Source of the DNA: Gemmatimonadota bacterium
Lineage (GTDB): Bacteria; Latescibacterota; UBA2968; UBA8231
Direction of reading: 5' to 3'
DNA length: 23,576 nucleotides
Assembly (NCBI GenBank): GCA_038128265.1
Contig: JAYPJE010000020.1
Coordinates: 1 to 23,576, forward strand
Below are positions 1 through 7,911 of this stretch, piece by piece. The position numbers and the translations under genes were made by a program. The notes beneath the pieces were generated by a model. The model was not told the origin of the DNA and ran no database searches. It saw nothing but the letters and a program-made list of their open reading frames with translations. Each line of letters opens with the position of its first letter. Position 1 is the stretch's first letter.

Positions 1-364
1 GTTTGATAAGCAGTTCGGCTACTTCCGGTGCAGCCGCCAGCAAACCGGGATAGCCAATCATCGCCGAGTCCTCGGGACCGCCTATGCTAACGGTATGACC
101 CGTTCGCGCCCAATCCGCACCCGTGGCCGGTTTTCCATCAAGCTCGTTGAGCTGAGACTGCATTTTCCTTTCCATGCGCTTGTCCAAGCGCGCGCGCAGC
201 ATCTCAACTTCGGCTGCGCTAAGCACATCGCGGAGCACGGTAAATCCGCGCGTCTTGTATTCTTTTACGTGGCCTGCAAGGACAGCTTCTTCGTTCGCTC
301 TCGGCACCTGATTGCTCCGCACCGGCAATAGGCTGTCCTCGGCTACTTGATACCCCTCAACCAT
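1..364 (-). CDS. Phytanoyl-CoA dioxygenase (PhyH)-like Fe(II)/2-oxoglutarate dioxygenase, 5' part only (runs off window start)
   Basis: Manual translation from ATG at 364 (purine-rich AAAGAGAG upstream) is open to the window edge: MVEGYQVAEDSLLPVRSNQVPRANEEAVLAGHVKEYKTRGFTVLRDVLSAAEVEMLRARLDKRMERKMQSQ...LLAAAPEVAELLIK. The segment YKTRGFTVLRDVLSAAEVEMLR fits the PhyH N-terminal pattern. The HxD metal motif is not inside the window. Confidence 0.65.
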   Translation of the reverse strand, partial: MVEGYQVAEDSLLPVRSNQVPRANEEAVLAGHVKEYKTRGFTVLRDVLSAAEVEMLRARLDKRMERKMQSQLNELDGKPATGADWARTGHTVSIGGPEDSAMIGYPGLLAAAPEVAELLIK

Positions 365-725
365 AAATCGGTCTCTCTTTTAGTCGATGCAAATAATTGA
401 CGCACAACAGTTGATCAGTTGGCCTATTAATAAGCAAGACCCATCGGATATGGCAACATAATTCGCGCGGCCAAATACAGTGACTCGATAGAGGAATACA
501 ATCTGAAAATCGCGTGCATTGGGCTTTACAATATGAGGCCAACGCCTTTCCACACTAACGTCTCAGATACCTTACGCTGTGATGGTGAGACGTTTAATTC
601 AACCGAATTTTTTCATATCATACTCACCGCCATTTGCAAAAACACACCCCAAAAAACCTTTCTAAAAAGCGAACAAACGAGACTATATAGAGAATTCGAA
701 CGACGAATCTGATTGCAATTCAACG

Positions 726-905
726 TTGCGAACCCGGATCGCTGAGTTAGAAACCCAGGTAAAAGATTACGAGCTTTCGCAGAAGTCTGTCTACGTGCCT
801 CACTATCTGACAGCAGGATTGCTGACAGCAGGTTTTCTAATTGCCCACGCGCTGCGCTCGTGGAAACCGACCACGAATGCGCATCGACACATCACAGGGC
901 GGTAA
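726..905 (+). CDS. Possible 59-aa small membrane protein or gene remnant
   Basis: TTG726..TAA905 reads (M)RTRIAELETQVKDYELSQKSVYVPHYLTAGLLTAGFLIAHALRSWKPTTNAHRHITGR: a coiled-coil-like start, then a hydrophobic stretch. No clear SD; just below the ORF track cutoff. Confidence 0.3.
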   Translation: MRTRIAELETQVKDYELSQKSVYVPHYLTAGLLTAGFLIAHALRSWKPTTNAHRHITGR

Positions 906-1174
906 CCGAATGTACTTGCTGTAATGCCTTTTTGATAAACAGCCGCACACCGAGGGAAGCCGCAGCAATCACCAAACAGTGTAATCAGGTCTGTTCATAG
1001 AGTTGAGCCTGTGGTCAGTGTGAACAACCGGATGCGTTTAAACAAATTCTATCAACGCACAGTGGCATTGTCACTTATTTGCCGAACGGATCGCGAAGGC
1101 AAATAAAATGGGCAAAAAGTAATTTTAGATTAGAGCGTGGAAGGGATACAGATTCCGTGCGGTAGTACTACTAT

Positions 1175-1215
1175 AAAAAGCAAAACCGGAGGGGCAACTA
1201 CCCACTCCGGGTTTT
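1175..1215 (-). terminator. Rho-independent terminator downstream of the tRNA pair
   Basis: Minus strand CCGGAG-T-GGG-TAGTTG-CCC-CTCCGG followed by TTTTGCTTTT, about 10 nt after the tRNA-Leu CCA. A short T-run on the plus side suggests it may be bidirectional. Confidence 0.8.
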
Positions 1216-1225
1216 CCTATCCAGC

Positions 1226-1313
1226 TGGTGCCGAGGGCGGGACTTGAACCCGCACGACCGATACGGCCAACGGATTTTAAGTCCGTCGCGTCTACCAATT
1301 CCGCCACCCCGGC
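1226..1313 (-). tRNA. tRNA-Leu (anticodon TAA)
   Basis: GCCGGGGTGGCGGAATTGGTAGACGCGACGGAC-TTAAAA-TCCGT...GGTTCAAGTCCCGCCCTCGGCACCA: full cloverleaf, long variable arm, encoded CCA. Confidence 0.97.
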
Positions 1314-1328
1314 AACCAGATATAAAAA

Positions 1329-1403
1329 TGGAGGCGGCGCCCGGAATCGAACCGGGGAATAAGGGCTTTGCAGGCCCCTGCCTTACCACTTGGCCACGCC
1401 GCC
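1329..1403 (-). tRNA. tRNA-Cys (anticodon GCA)
   Basis: GGCGGCGTGGCCAAGTGGTAAGGCAGGGGC-CTGCAAA-GCCCTTATTCCCCGGTTCGATTCCGGGCGCCGCCTCCA: cloverleaf with encoded CCA. Confidence 0.97.
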
Positions 1404-1431
1404 TCTCGATATCTGTCGCAAGAGGAAAGTG

Positions 1432-1460
1432 AAAATAGGAAGCACGCATACTCCTGTCAA
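1432..1460 (-). promoter_or_regulatory. Sigma70-type promoter for the tRNA-Cys/tRNA-Leu transcript
   Basis: Minus strand TTGACA (1460-1455), 17-nt spacer, TATTTT (1437-1432), about 30 nt upstream of tRNA-Cys. Confidence 0.7.
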
Positions 1461-1547
1461 CCCGGCTCAATAGGCCATGGATGTCAATTTCTCATACGCG
1501 CTCTATGGCTTATATTTAGCCCAACCCCAGCAGGAGGACTACGCGTT

Positions 1548-2342
1548 ATGCAGCAGTATCTGGACCTGGTTCGCCACGTCCTCGACAATGGCCATAAAAA
1601 GGGCGACCGCACCGGCGTTGGCACGTTGGCCACCTTCGGATACCAGATGCGCTTTGACCTGGCCGATGGGTTTCCCTGTCTGACGACCAAAGAGGTGCGC
1701 ATCGGTTCTGTTATCCGCGAATTACAGTGGTTTTTAAGGGGCGATACCAACGTCCGCTGGCTTCAAGAAAAAAACGTGACCATCTGGGACGAGTGGGCTG
1801 ACGAAAACGGCGAATTGGGTCCGGTCTACGGCAAACAGTGGCGCGCCTGGACGAGTCCCGACGGACAGGTTGTCGATCAGATTCAGCGCGCCGTCGACCT
1901 CATAAAGAACGATCCCGACTCGCGCCGCATCATCGTCAACGCCTGGAACGTAGGTGAACTCGAGCAGATGGCACTGACCCCCTGCCACTGTATGTTTCAA
2001 TTTTTCGTAGCCGACGGCCGGCTGTCCTGTCAGCTATACCAGCGCTCTTGCGACGTTGGACTCGGCGTGCCGTTTAATATTGCCAGCTACGCCCTGCTGA
2101 CTATGATGATGGCCCAGGTTTGCGGCCTACAGCCCGGCGACTTTGTGTGGACCGGCGGCGACGTGCACATCTACACCAACCACGTAGAGGCGCTCCGCGA
2201 GCAGCTCATGCGCACCCCACGCCCCCTGCCAACCATGCAGATAAAAGACCGCGGCCAGGATATATTTCACTTTCGCTACGACGATTTCACCCTGCTGAAC
2301 TACGATCCCCATCCGGCGCTAAAAATGGAGATTGCCGTCTGA
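1548..2342 (+). CDS. thyA: Thymidylate synthase ThyA
   Basis: ATG1548 preceded by AGGAGGA; 264 aa; [16 protein letters not shown], catalytic PCH, YQRSCD, PFNIASY, GDVHIY motifs. Confidence 0.97.
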   Translation: MQQYLDLVRHVLDNGHKKGDRTGVGTLATFGYQMRFDLADGFPCLTTKEVRIGSVIRELQWFLRGDTNVRWLQEKNVTIWDEWADENGELGPVYGKQWRAWTSPDGQVVDQIQRAVDLIKNDPDSRRIIVNAWNVGELEQMALTPCHCMFQFFVADGRLSCQLYQRSCDVGLGVPFNIASYALLTMMMAQVCGLQPGDFVWTGGDVHIYTNHVEALREQLMRTPRPLPTMQIKDRGQDIFHFRYDDFTLLNYDPHPALKMEIAV

Positions 2343-3157
2343 ACGCGCGCCCCAGGGTTGCCATTCAGGGGGAGCTTGGCTCCAATAGCGCACAGGCCGC
2401 TATCGCCCATTTTGGCGACGATATCGAACTATGCGCCTGCGCCGATTTTGCCGAACTCTTTGCTGCCGTTGCCCAAGGACGCGCCAGTTACGGCATGGCG
2501 CCGGTCGAAAATTCACTGGCCGGCAGCATACACGCGGTGTGGGATCTGCTGGCACAGCACGCCCCCCCGATCGTCGGCGAACGCTACTTTCACGTAAAGC
2601 ACTTTCTCATCGGTCATCCCGGCAGCCGCTCGGCCGATATCCGACGCGCCGCATCGCACGCCCAGGCCCTGGCACAGTGCGCAGTCTACCTACAGCGCAT
2701 GGGCATGGAAGCAGTGGAAGAATACGATACGGCCGGAGCCGTTGCGCTCGTTAAGGAGCGCGGCAACCCGAGCGAAGCGGCCATCGCACCGGCCGCGGCC
2801 GCCGAGCTATATGGAATGGATATCCTCGAAGAAAACATTCAGACGGATCCGCGCAATTATACGCGCTTTCTCGTCATCGCCCACCAGCCGCCCCCCCCGG
2901 CCGCGGCCGCCGTCCTCAAGAGCACGCTCATCGTCGATTTGGGCGACTGCGCGCGGGATCTCGTGCCGCTGCTGGCCGCGCTAGCCGATCACAGCGTGAA
3001 CAAGGTCGAAACACGCAAGTTGCACGACACCCCTTGGACCTATCGCTGCTATTTGGAATGCACTGGAATTATAGAAAGCGATGCGTTAAAGACCCTTAGC
3101 GCCCACGCCCAACGGCTCTGCCAGTTAACCCCTTACCCGGCCACCGAACAGCCCTAG
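2339..3157 (+). CDS. pheA: Prephenate dehydratase (monofunctional) with degenerate C-terminal ACT domain
   Basis: [30 protein letters not shown] and NYTRFLVI (TRF) motifs. Probable CTG start at 2339 overlapping the thyA stop, with GGAG 8 nt upstream. Confidence 0.9.
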   Translation: MNARPRVAIQGELGSNSAQAAIAHFGDDIELCACADFAELFAAVAQGRASYGMAPVENSLAGSIHAVWDLLAQHAPPIVGERYFHVKHFLIGHPGSRSADIRRAASHAQALAQCAVYLQRMGMEAVEEYDTAGAVALVKERGNPSEAAIAPAAAAELYGMDILEENIQTDPRNYTRFLVIAHQPPPPAAAAVLKSTLIVDLGDCARDLVPLLAALADHSVNKVETRKLHDTPWTYRCYLECTGIIESDALKTLSAHAQRLCQLTPYPATEQP

Positions 3158-3165
3158 GCCAGCGC

Positions 3166-3534
3166 CTAGTCGTCCATCAAATTGCGCATCTGCGGTCCCT
3201 GCTGATCGACCACCCAAGCCCCCGTGCGCCCGTCGCCGTCCAGATCGGCGCGCACGACGAGCCAGAACGTCTCGGGACCAACGCGCACCTCCCACTCGTA
3301 GTCGCGCATCCACGGCCAGTCCAAGCCCTCGCGCGGATCGGTCGGATCAAAGTAGCGACCGTGCGCCTCGTAGTGGACCTGCTCCAATATGTAGAGCTGT
3401 TCTAGACCGGTCTCTAACGCAATGGAGCGCGCCTGCTCGGCGGTGATGTGCGAGAAGTGCTGCACGCCTACAATCCCCAGCATGGCGGCGATGACCAGCA
3501 GTTCGCCGTATAGGAAAACGCGCGTCGATAGCAC
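3166..3534 (-). CDS. Small pilin-like membrane-anchored protein
   Basis: N-terminal hydrophobic helix FLYGELLVIAAMLGIVG resembles the type IV pilin FTLIELLVV motif; amphipathic helix ending in EQVHYEAHGRY; C-terminal ADLDGDG. GTG start abuts the upstream stop. Confidence 0.6.
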   Translation of the reverse strand: MLSTRVFLYGELLVIAAMLGIVGVQHFSHITAEQARSIALETGLEQLYILEQVHYEAHGRYFDPTDPREGLDWPWMRDYEWEVRVGPETFWLVVRADLDGDGRTGAWVVDQQGPQMRNLMDD

Positions 3535-5103
3535 TTAGCGAAGCTCCAATTCAATGCCTTCTACGGCTTCTTCTGCGGATAGCTTAATGGGCTCTACGTA
3601 ATGCACGAACGGCTCTGGACGAACAAAGGGCACGAGCGAACCGGGGCTCCACTGGCCGTCGACGTCTTCGTCGGCAAAAGCCCACAGCTGGTAGGCGCCG
3701 GCAGGCAGGCCGTCAAATGCAAAGTGCCCCTGCGCGTCACAGCGCGTGGCATAGCGGCGCGCGCCTTGCTGCTGGTATAACCGCACTTCCTCCGCACCGA
3801 CATTGCCGACGACGCGTCCGCGCAGTGCAGCACGGCCCTCCTCTACGGAAAACGCTACCGCGAGCAAACTATCTGCAAGGGCCAGGCCCGCTCGGTCTTT
3901 CCAGAAGGAACCTGACATGACCAACTTCCATGCACCGGTCTCCCACGGCACCTCGGGCACAAACTCGGCCTGAACCGGTGACACCCATCGCCAGGTCCCT
4001 CGCGGAGCGCGCGTCGAATCGCTCTCGATCCACGTGGCCTGGCTGAGATCGACCTCCATTTCCTCGCTAAACGTCGCGCGCAGCGGCTCGTGCGGCATGA
4101 GCACAGGCGATGCGATACCGAGCCACTGCGGCGGTTTGGCGTCGCGGCGACCGCTGCCGCGCAGCGGTTCCGACCACTTGATGCGTCGGCCTTTCAGCGC
4201 GATGTGCTCTATTTCATAGCGTCGTCCCGCCTCTTGCTCGGCCGTAACCGCATACACTCGACGCCCGTCATCGCCGGCGCGCAGCGACTCGATCGCTAAC
4301 TCGTCGATCCGCAGCGACAGCGCATCGACATCGACCGGAGCGGAAAAGAGCAGCAGCAGCATACGCGCATGCAGTGCCTGTATGCGCTCTAGTGCCACGT
4401 CGCCGCGCCCGCGCTGAACGAGGACGAGGTCGCCGGCCTGGGCCAGCGTATCCTCGACGACGACGTCGCGCGCCGGCAGGCCGACCCACTCATCGCTGGA
4501 GGGATATCCGTCTTTGTCCTCGTCGACAAATGCCAGCAAGCGGTAGGCGCCCGGCGCCAAACGCAACAATTCATACTGACCGTCGGCTCCGCTCTGCGTC
4601 TGATAGGCAGGATCGACGCGGCCGAACGGCTCGTGCACATCGGCCAAATCATAGGCCCAGACGTGTGCGCTGCGCACTGGCTCGCGCTCCCGGTATACCC
4701 GGCCTTGCAGCCGCCCGCCGTTGAGGCGCTCGCCGGTGGCAAAGGCCAGCGAAAACGACTGCTCCAGTGCATTGCCGCGCAGATCGCGCGCGCCCGTGCC
4801 CACCGTAACAACGTAGGTGCGCTCGGCACGCAGTGCCATCTCAATGCGCAGCGCGGTACCGCGCCAGCTAAATCCAAGTGGGTCGCCCGGCGAAACAAAT
4901 ACCGCCTCTTCCGTGCGCTGGCGATCCATCGCTTCGCTAAAGACAACTTCTACCGTGCTGTGCAGCGGAACACCCAGCTGGTCAGAAGATGGATTGTGAG
5001 AGAGAATACGCGGCGCCCGATCATCTACCGGTCCGCCCTGCGGCGGCCCTACTTTGGCGCACGCACAGCACAGTACGACAAACGCAAACAGCAACTTGCC
5101 CAT
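3535..5103 (-). CDS. Ig-like (Big_5-type) domain lipoprotein with duplicated beta-sandwich modules
   Basis: Lipoprotein-like signal (LCCAC) followed by AKVGPPQGGPVD; VEVVFSEAMD / LRATFSEEME and LAPGAYRLLAFVDEDKDG / LPAGAYQLWAFADEDVDG internal repeats. Confidence 0.75.
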   Translation of the reverse strand: MGKLLFAFVVLCCACAKVGPPQGGPVDDRAPRILSHNPSSDQLGVPLHSTVEVVFSEAMDRQRTEEAVFVSPGDPLGFSWRGTALRIEMALRAERTYVVTVGTGARDLRGNALEQSFSLAFATGERLNGGRLQGRVYREREPVRSAHVWAYDLADVHEPFGRVDPAYQTQSGADGQYELLRLAPGAYRLLAFVDEDKDGYPSSDEWVGLPARDVVVEDTLAQAGDLVLVQRGRGDVALERIQALHARMLLLLFSAPVDVDALSLRIDELAIESLRAGDDGRRVYAVTAEQEAGRRYEIEHIALKGRRIKWSEPLRGSGRRDAKPPQWLGIASPVLMPHEPLRATFSEEMEVDLSQATWIESDSTRAPRGTWRWVSPVQAEFVPEVPWETGAWKLVMSGSFWKDRAGLALADSLLAVAFSVEEGRAALRGRVVGNVGAEEVRLYQQQGARRYATRCDAQGHFAFDGLPAGAYQLWAFADEDVDGQWSPGSLVPFVRPEPFVHYVEPIKLSAEEAVEGIELELR

Positions 5104-6392
5104 CAGAGGACGTAGCGGCTCAGGTCTTCCCCTTCGAGATAGTCCCCGAGCTTCTCGCGCACGTAGCGGCGATTGATATAGACTCTTTTCTTGGCGACGG
5201 CCGGCGCGTCAAAGAGCACTTCGTCGAGCAGGGAAGACATCACGGCGCGCAGACGACGTGCACCGATGTTTTCGCTGGACAAATTGGCCTCGTGCGCGTA
5301 GCGGGCAATTTCGCCAATCGCATCGGGCGCGAAGCGCAGCGATACGCCTTCTACGGCGAGCAAAGCGATATACTGATATACGAGAGCGCTGCGCGGTTCG
5401 GTGAGAATACGGCACAGCTCTTCTTCTCCCAGCGCATCCAATTCGACGCGAATAGGAAAGCGCCCCTGCAGCTCCGGCACCAGTTCGGATGGGCGCACAG
5501 CGTGAAAGGCACCGGCGGCAATAAAGAGCACGTGATCCGTGCGCACGGTGCCATAACGCGTGGATACGGCCGCTCCTTCGACGATGGGCAGCAGGTCGCG
5601 CTGCACGCCCTCGCGCGAAACCTCTGCCCCCCCGCGTCCCGTTTCGCCGCTGGCAATCTTATCGATTTCGTCCACAAAGACAATGCCCAGCGTCTCGGCG
5701 CGCTCAATGGCTTCGGCAACAACCTCGGCCATATCGATGAGCCGTTCCGTTTCATCCTGGACAAATTGCTTGCGCGCCTCGCGAACCGAAACGCTGCGGC
5801 GGCGACCGTCCTGTGCGGCCAAACCAGCCAGAGCTTCCTGCAGACTGCGGTTGACTTCTTCGCTGGCCATTGGACCAAATACTTCGACGATGGGCGGCCC
5901 CTCCCGATTCTCTACTTCGACAACTTCGTCGTCAAACTCGCCCCGGCGCAGCTTTTGCCGCATGGCCCTGCGCGAACCGTCGGCGGCCAGCAGATCTAAT
6001 AGGCGCGTCTCGGCACGACGCTGAGCCTCCTTCTGCACTAACGCGGCGCGCTCCTGCTGCACCATCTGCACGCTCTGCTCAACGAGATCGCGCACAATGC
6101 TTTCGACGTCGCGGCCGACATAGCCCACTTCGGTAAACTTAGAGGCTTCGACCTTGACAAAGGGCGCCGCACACAGCTCGGCCAAACGGCGCGCAATTTC
6201 AGTCTTGCCCACGCCGGTCGGACCGACCATGAGAATGTTGTTGGGAACGATTTCGCGGCGCTGCGGCTCGGCGACCTGAGTGCGGCGCCAGCGGTTGCGC
6301 AGGGCGATGGCCACGGCGCGCTTGGCGCCCTTCTGACCGATGATGTAGCGATCCAGTTCGGCGACGATTTGGCGGGGCGTCAGCGGCCGCAT
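5103..6392 (-). CDS. hslU: ATP-dependent protease ATPase subunit HslU
   Basis: LTPRQIVAELDRYIIGQ, Walker A GPTGVGKT, pore GYVG, Walker B FVDEIDK, GVQRDLLP, ELQGRFPIRVEL, C-terminal DLSRYVL; TGATG overlaps with both neighbours. Confidence 0.97.
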   Translation of the reverse strand: MRPLTPRQIVAELDRYIIGQKGAKRAVAIALRNRWRRTQVAEPQRREIVPNNILMVGPTGVGKTEIARRLAELCAAPFVKVEASKFTEVGYVGRDVESIVRDLVEQSVQMVQQERAALVQKEAQRRAETRLLDLLAADGSRRAMRQKLRRGEFDDEVVEVENREGPPIVEVFGPMASEEVNRSLQEALAGLAAQDGRRRSVSVREARKQFVQDETERLIDMAEVVAEAIERAETLGIVFVDEIDKIASGETGRGGAEVSREGVQRDLLPIVEGAAVSTRYGTVRTDHVLFIAAGAFHAVRPSELVPELQGRFPIRVELDALGEEELCRILTEPRSALVYQYIALLAVEGVSLRFAPDAIGEIARYAHEANLSSENIGARRLRAVMSSLLDEVLFDAPAVAKKRVYINRRYVREKLGDYLEGEDLSRYVL

Positions 6393-6922
6393 CACAGCTC
6401 CACCAGGCTGATCTCATCGTTGGTGTAAACGCAGATTTCAGCGGCGATTTCCAACGAGCGCTGCACGATCTGCCGTGCACCCAACCGCGAGCCATCGACG
6501 TAGGCACGCGCGGCGGCCAGGGCAAACGGCGCACCCGACCCTACTGCCAGCACTTCGTCGTCAGGTGCCAGCAAATCGCCTTCGCCCGAAATCAGCAGCG
6601 AACGCGAGGCATCCATGGCGATGATCATCGCTTCCAAGCGGCGCAAATAGCGATCCGTGCGCCAGTCGCGCGAAAGCTCGTGGGCGGCGCGCTCGAGATT
6701 GCCGTTAAACTGCTCCAGATGGCCCTCCAGCTGGTCGAGCAGCGCCAGCGCGTCGGCCGTCGCACCGGAAAAGCCCACCAATACCGAGCCGCCATAGAGC
6801 TTGCGCACCTTGCAGGTGCGGTGCTTGAGCGCAATATCGCCCATGGTCACCTGGCCGTCGCTGCCCATGACCACCTTCTTACCTAGGCGCACGCCCAGCA
6901 CAGTCGTTGCATGGCGCTTCAT
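6392..6922 (-). CDS. hslV: ATP-dependent protease subunit HslV
   Basis: Short propeptide then TTVLGVR (Thr nucleophile), DGQVT, GATADA, WRTDRYLRRLEA, GSGAPFA, ICVYTN. Confidence 0.97.
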   Translation of the reverse strand: MKRHATTVLGVRLGKKVVMGSDGQVTMGDIALKHRTCKVRKLYGGSVLVGFSGATADALALLDQLEGHLEQFNGNLERAAHELSRDWRTDRYLRRLEAMIIAMDASRSLLISGEGDLLAPDDEVLAVGSGAPFALAAARAYVDGSRLGARQIVQRSLEIAAEICVYTNDEISLVEL

Positions 6923-6933
6923 CAATTTTCTCT

Positions 6934-7875
6934 CTATTCGCTGCGCGGATGTGCCTGCGCATAAATGTGCTGCAGGCGCTCAAGCGTCGGCTCGGCATAG
7001 GCCTGCGTCGATACGATGGTCGCATGACCGAGCATTTCCCGAACGGAAGCCAAGTCGGCCCCGGCGTGCAGCAGGTGGGCGGCAAAGCTGTGGCGCAGCA
7101 GATGGGGGCTGAGCGACTGGCCGTCGACGACGCGGTGCAAATAGCGCTGCACTACGCGCTGCACGGAACGGCGACTCAAACGGCGGCCGCGCCCGTTGAG
7201 AAAGAGCGCCCCCACTTCTACGAGTGTAATATCGAGTTCCACAAGCACTTCGGCACGGCGCTGTATGTAGGTCTTAAGCGCCTCCAGCGCCAAGCTGCCA
7301 ATCGGCACGATGCGCTCCTTACGCCCCTTGTTGACCAAGCGCAGCAGGCCCTCTTCCAAGTCGATGGCGCTCAGATTTAACTCGACCAATTCGCCCAGGC
7401 GCACGCCGCCGCCGTAGAATACCTCGAGGATAGCGCGATCGCGCGCGCCGCTGAATGTCTGGGTTTCCGGCAGCGCGATCGCCTCTTCGATTTTTTCCAG
7501 CGGCAGCTGCGGCCGCGGCCGCACTTCGACCTCAGGGGCGGCGACCCCATACGCGGGATTGGCTGCCAGCACGCCCTGGCGACACAGAAAGCGAAAAAAC
7601 GAACGCAGCGCCGTGAGCTTGCGCGCCACGGTGCTGTTCTTCATGCCGCGCAGGTGCAAATCTTCGACAAATTCGCGCACGGTTGCCCGCTCCACCACGC
7701 GGATGGGCAGCGCCGAGTCGGCTATGCGAGGATAGAGAAAGCGGGCAAATTGGCGCAGGTCACATCGGTAGGATTCCAGCGTATAAGGAGCGTAATTGCG
7801 CTCGACGCGCAGGTGCTCGAGAAAGTGGTCAATCGCATTCTCGATGCCGGAATCCCTGTGCAGAGCAGCGGGCAT
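6934..7875 (-). CDS. xerC: XerC-like tyrosine recombinase
   Basis: N-terminal SAM-like domain (HLRVERNYAPYTLESYRCDL); catalytic R (GVRLGEL), K (KGRKER), HxxR (HLLRHSFA), LGH, Y (TQAY); C-terminal AHPR; classic position between topA and hslVU. Confidence 0.85.
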   Translation of the reverse strand: MPAALHRDSGIENAIDHFLEHLRVERNYAPYTLESYRCDLRQFARFLYPRIADSALPIRVVERATVREFVEDLHLRGMKNSTVARKLTALRSFFRFLCRQGVLAANPAYGVAAPEVEVRPRPQLPLEKIEEAIALPETQTFSGARDRAILEVFYGGGVRLGELVELNLSAIDLEEGLLRLVNKGRKERIVPIGSLALEALKTYIQRRAEVLVELDITLVEVGALFLNGRGRRLSRRSVQRVVQRYLHRVVDGQSLSPHLLRHSFAAHLLHAGADLASVREMLGHATIVSTQAYAEPTLERLQHIYAQAHPRSE

Positions 7876-7911
7876 AGTATGCAGCTAGGAGGAGGCGCGG
7901 GAAGAGAGCAC

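Noticed and set aside
95..542. ORFs 95..331 (+) and 357..542 (-)
   Set aside because: The first is antisense to the PhyH-like gene; the second has no SD or protein-like features.
1125..1470. ORFs of 60-90 aa and the 5' extension of the thyA ORF to 1368
   Set aside because: They overlap the two tRNA genes; thyA has a strong SD before ATG1548.
4989..5999. 336-aa plus-strand ORF
   Set aside because: Antisense shadow of hslU in GC-rich DNA; no recognisable motifs.
6934..7875. Tyrosine recombinase as a prophage or island integrase
   Set aside because: XerC-like size and C-terminus in the conserved topA-xerC-hslVU context, with no cargo or att sites.
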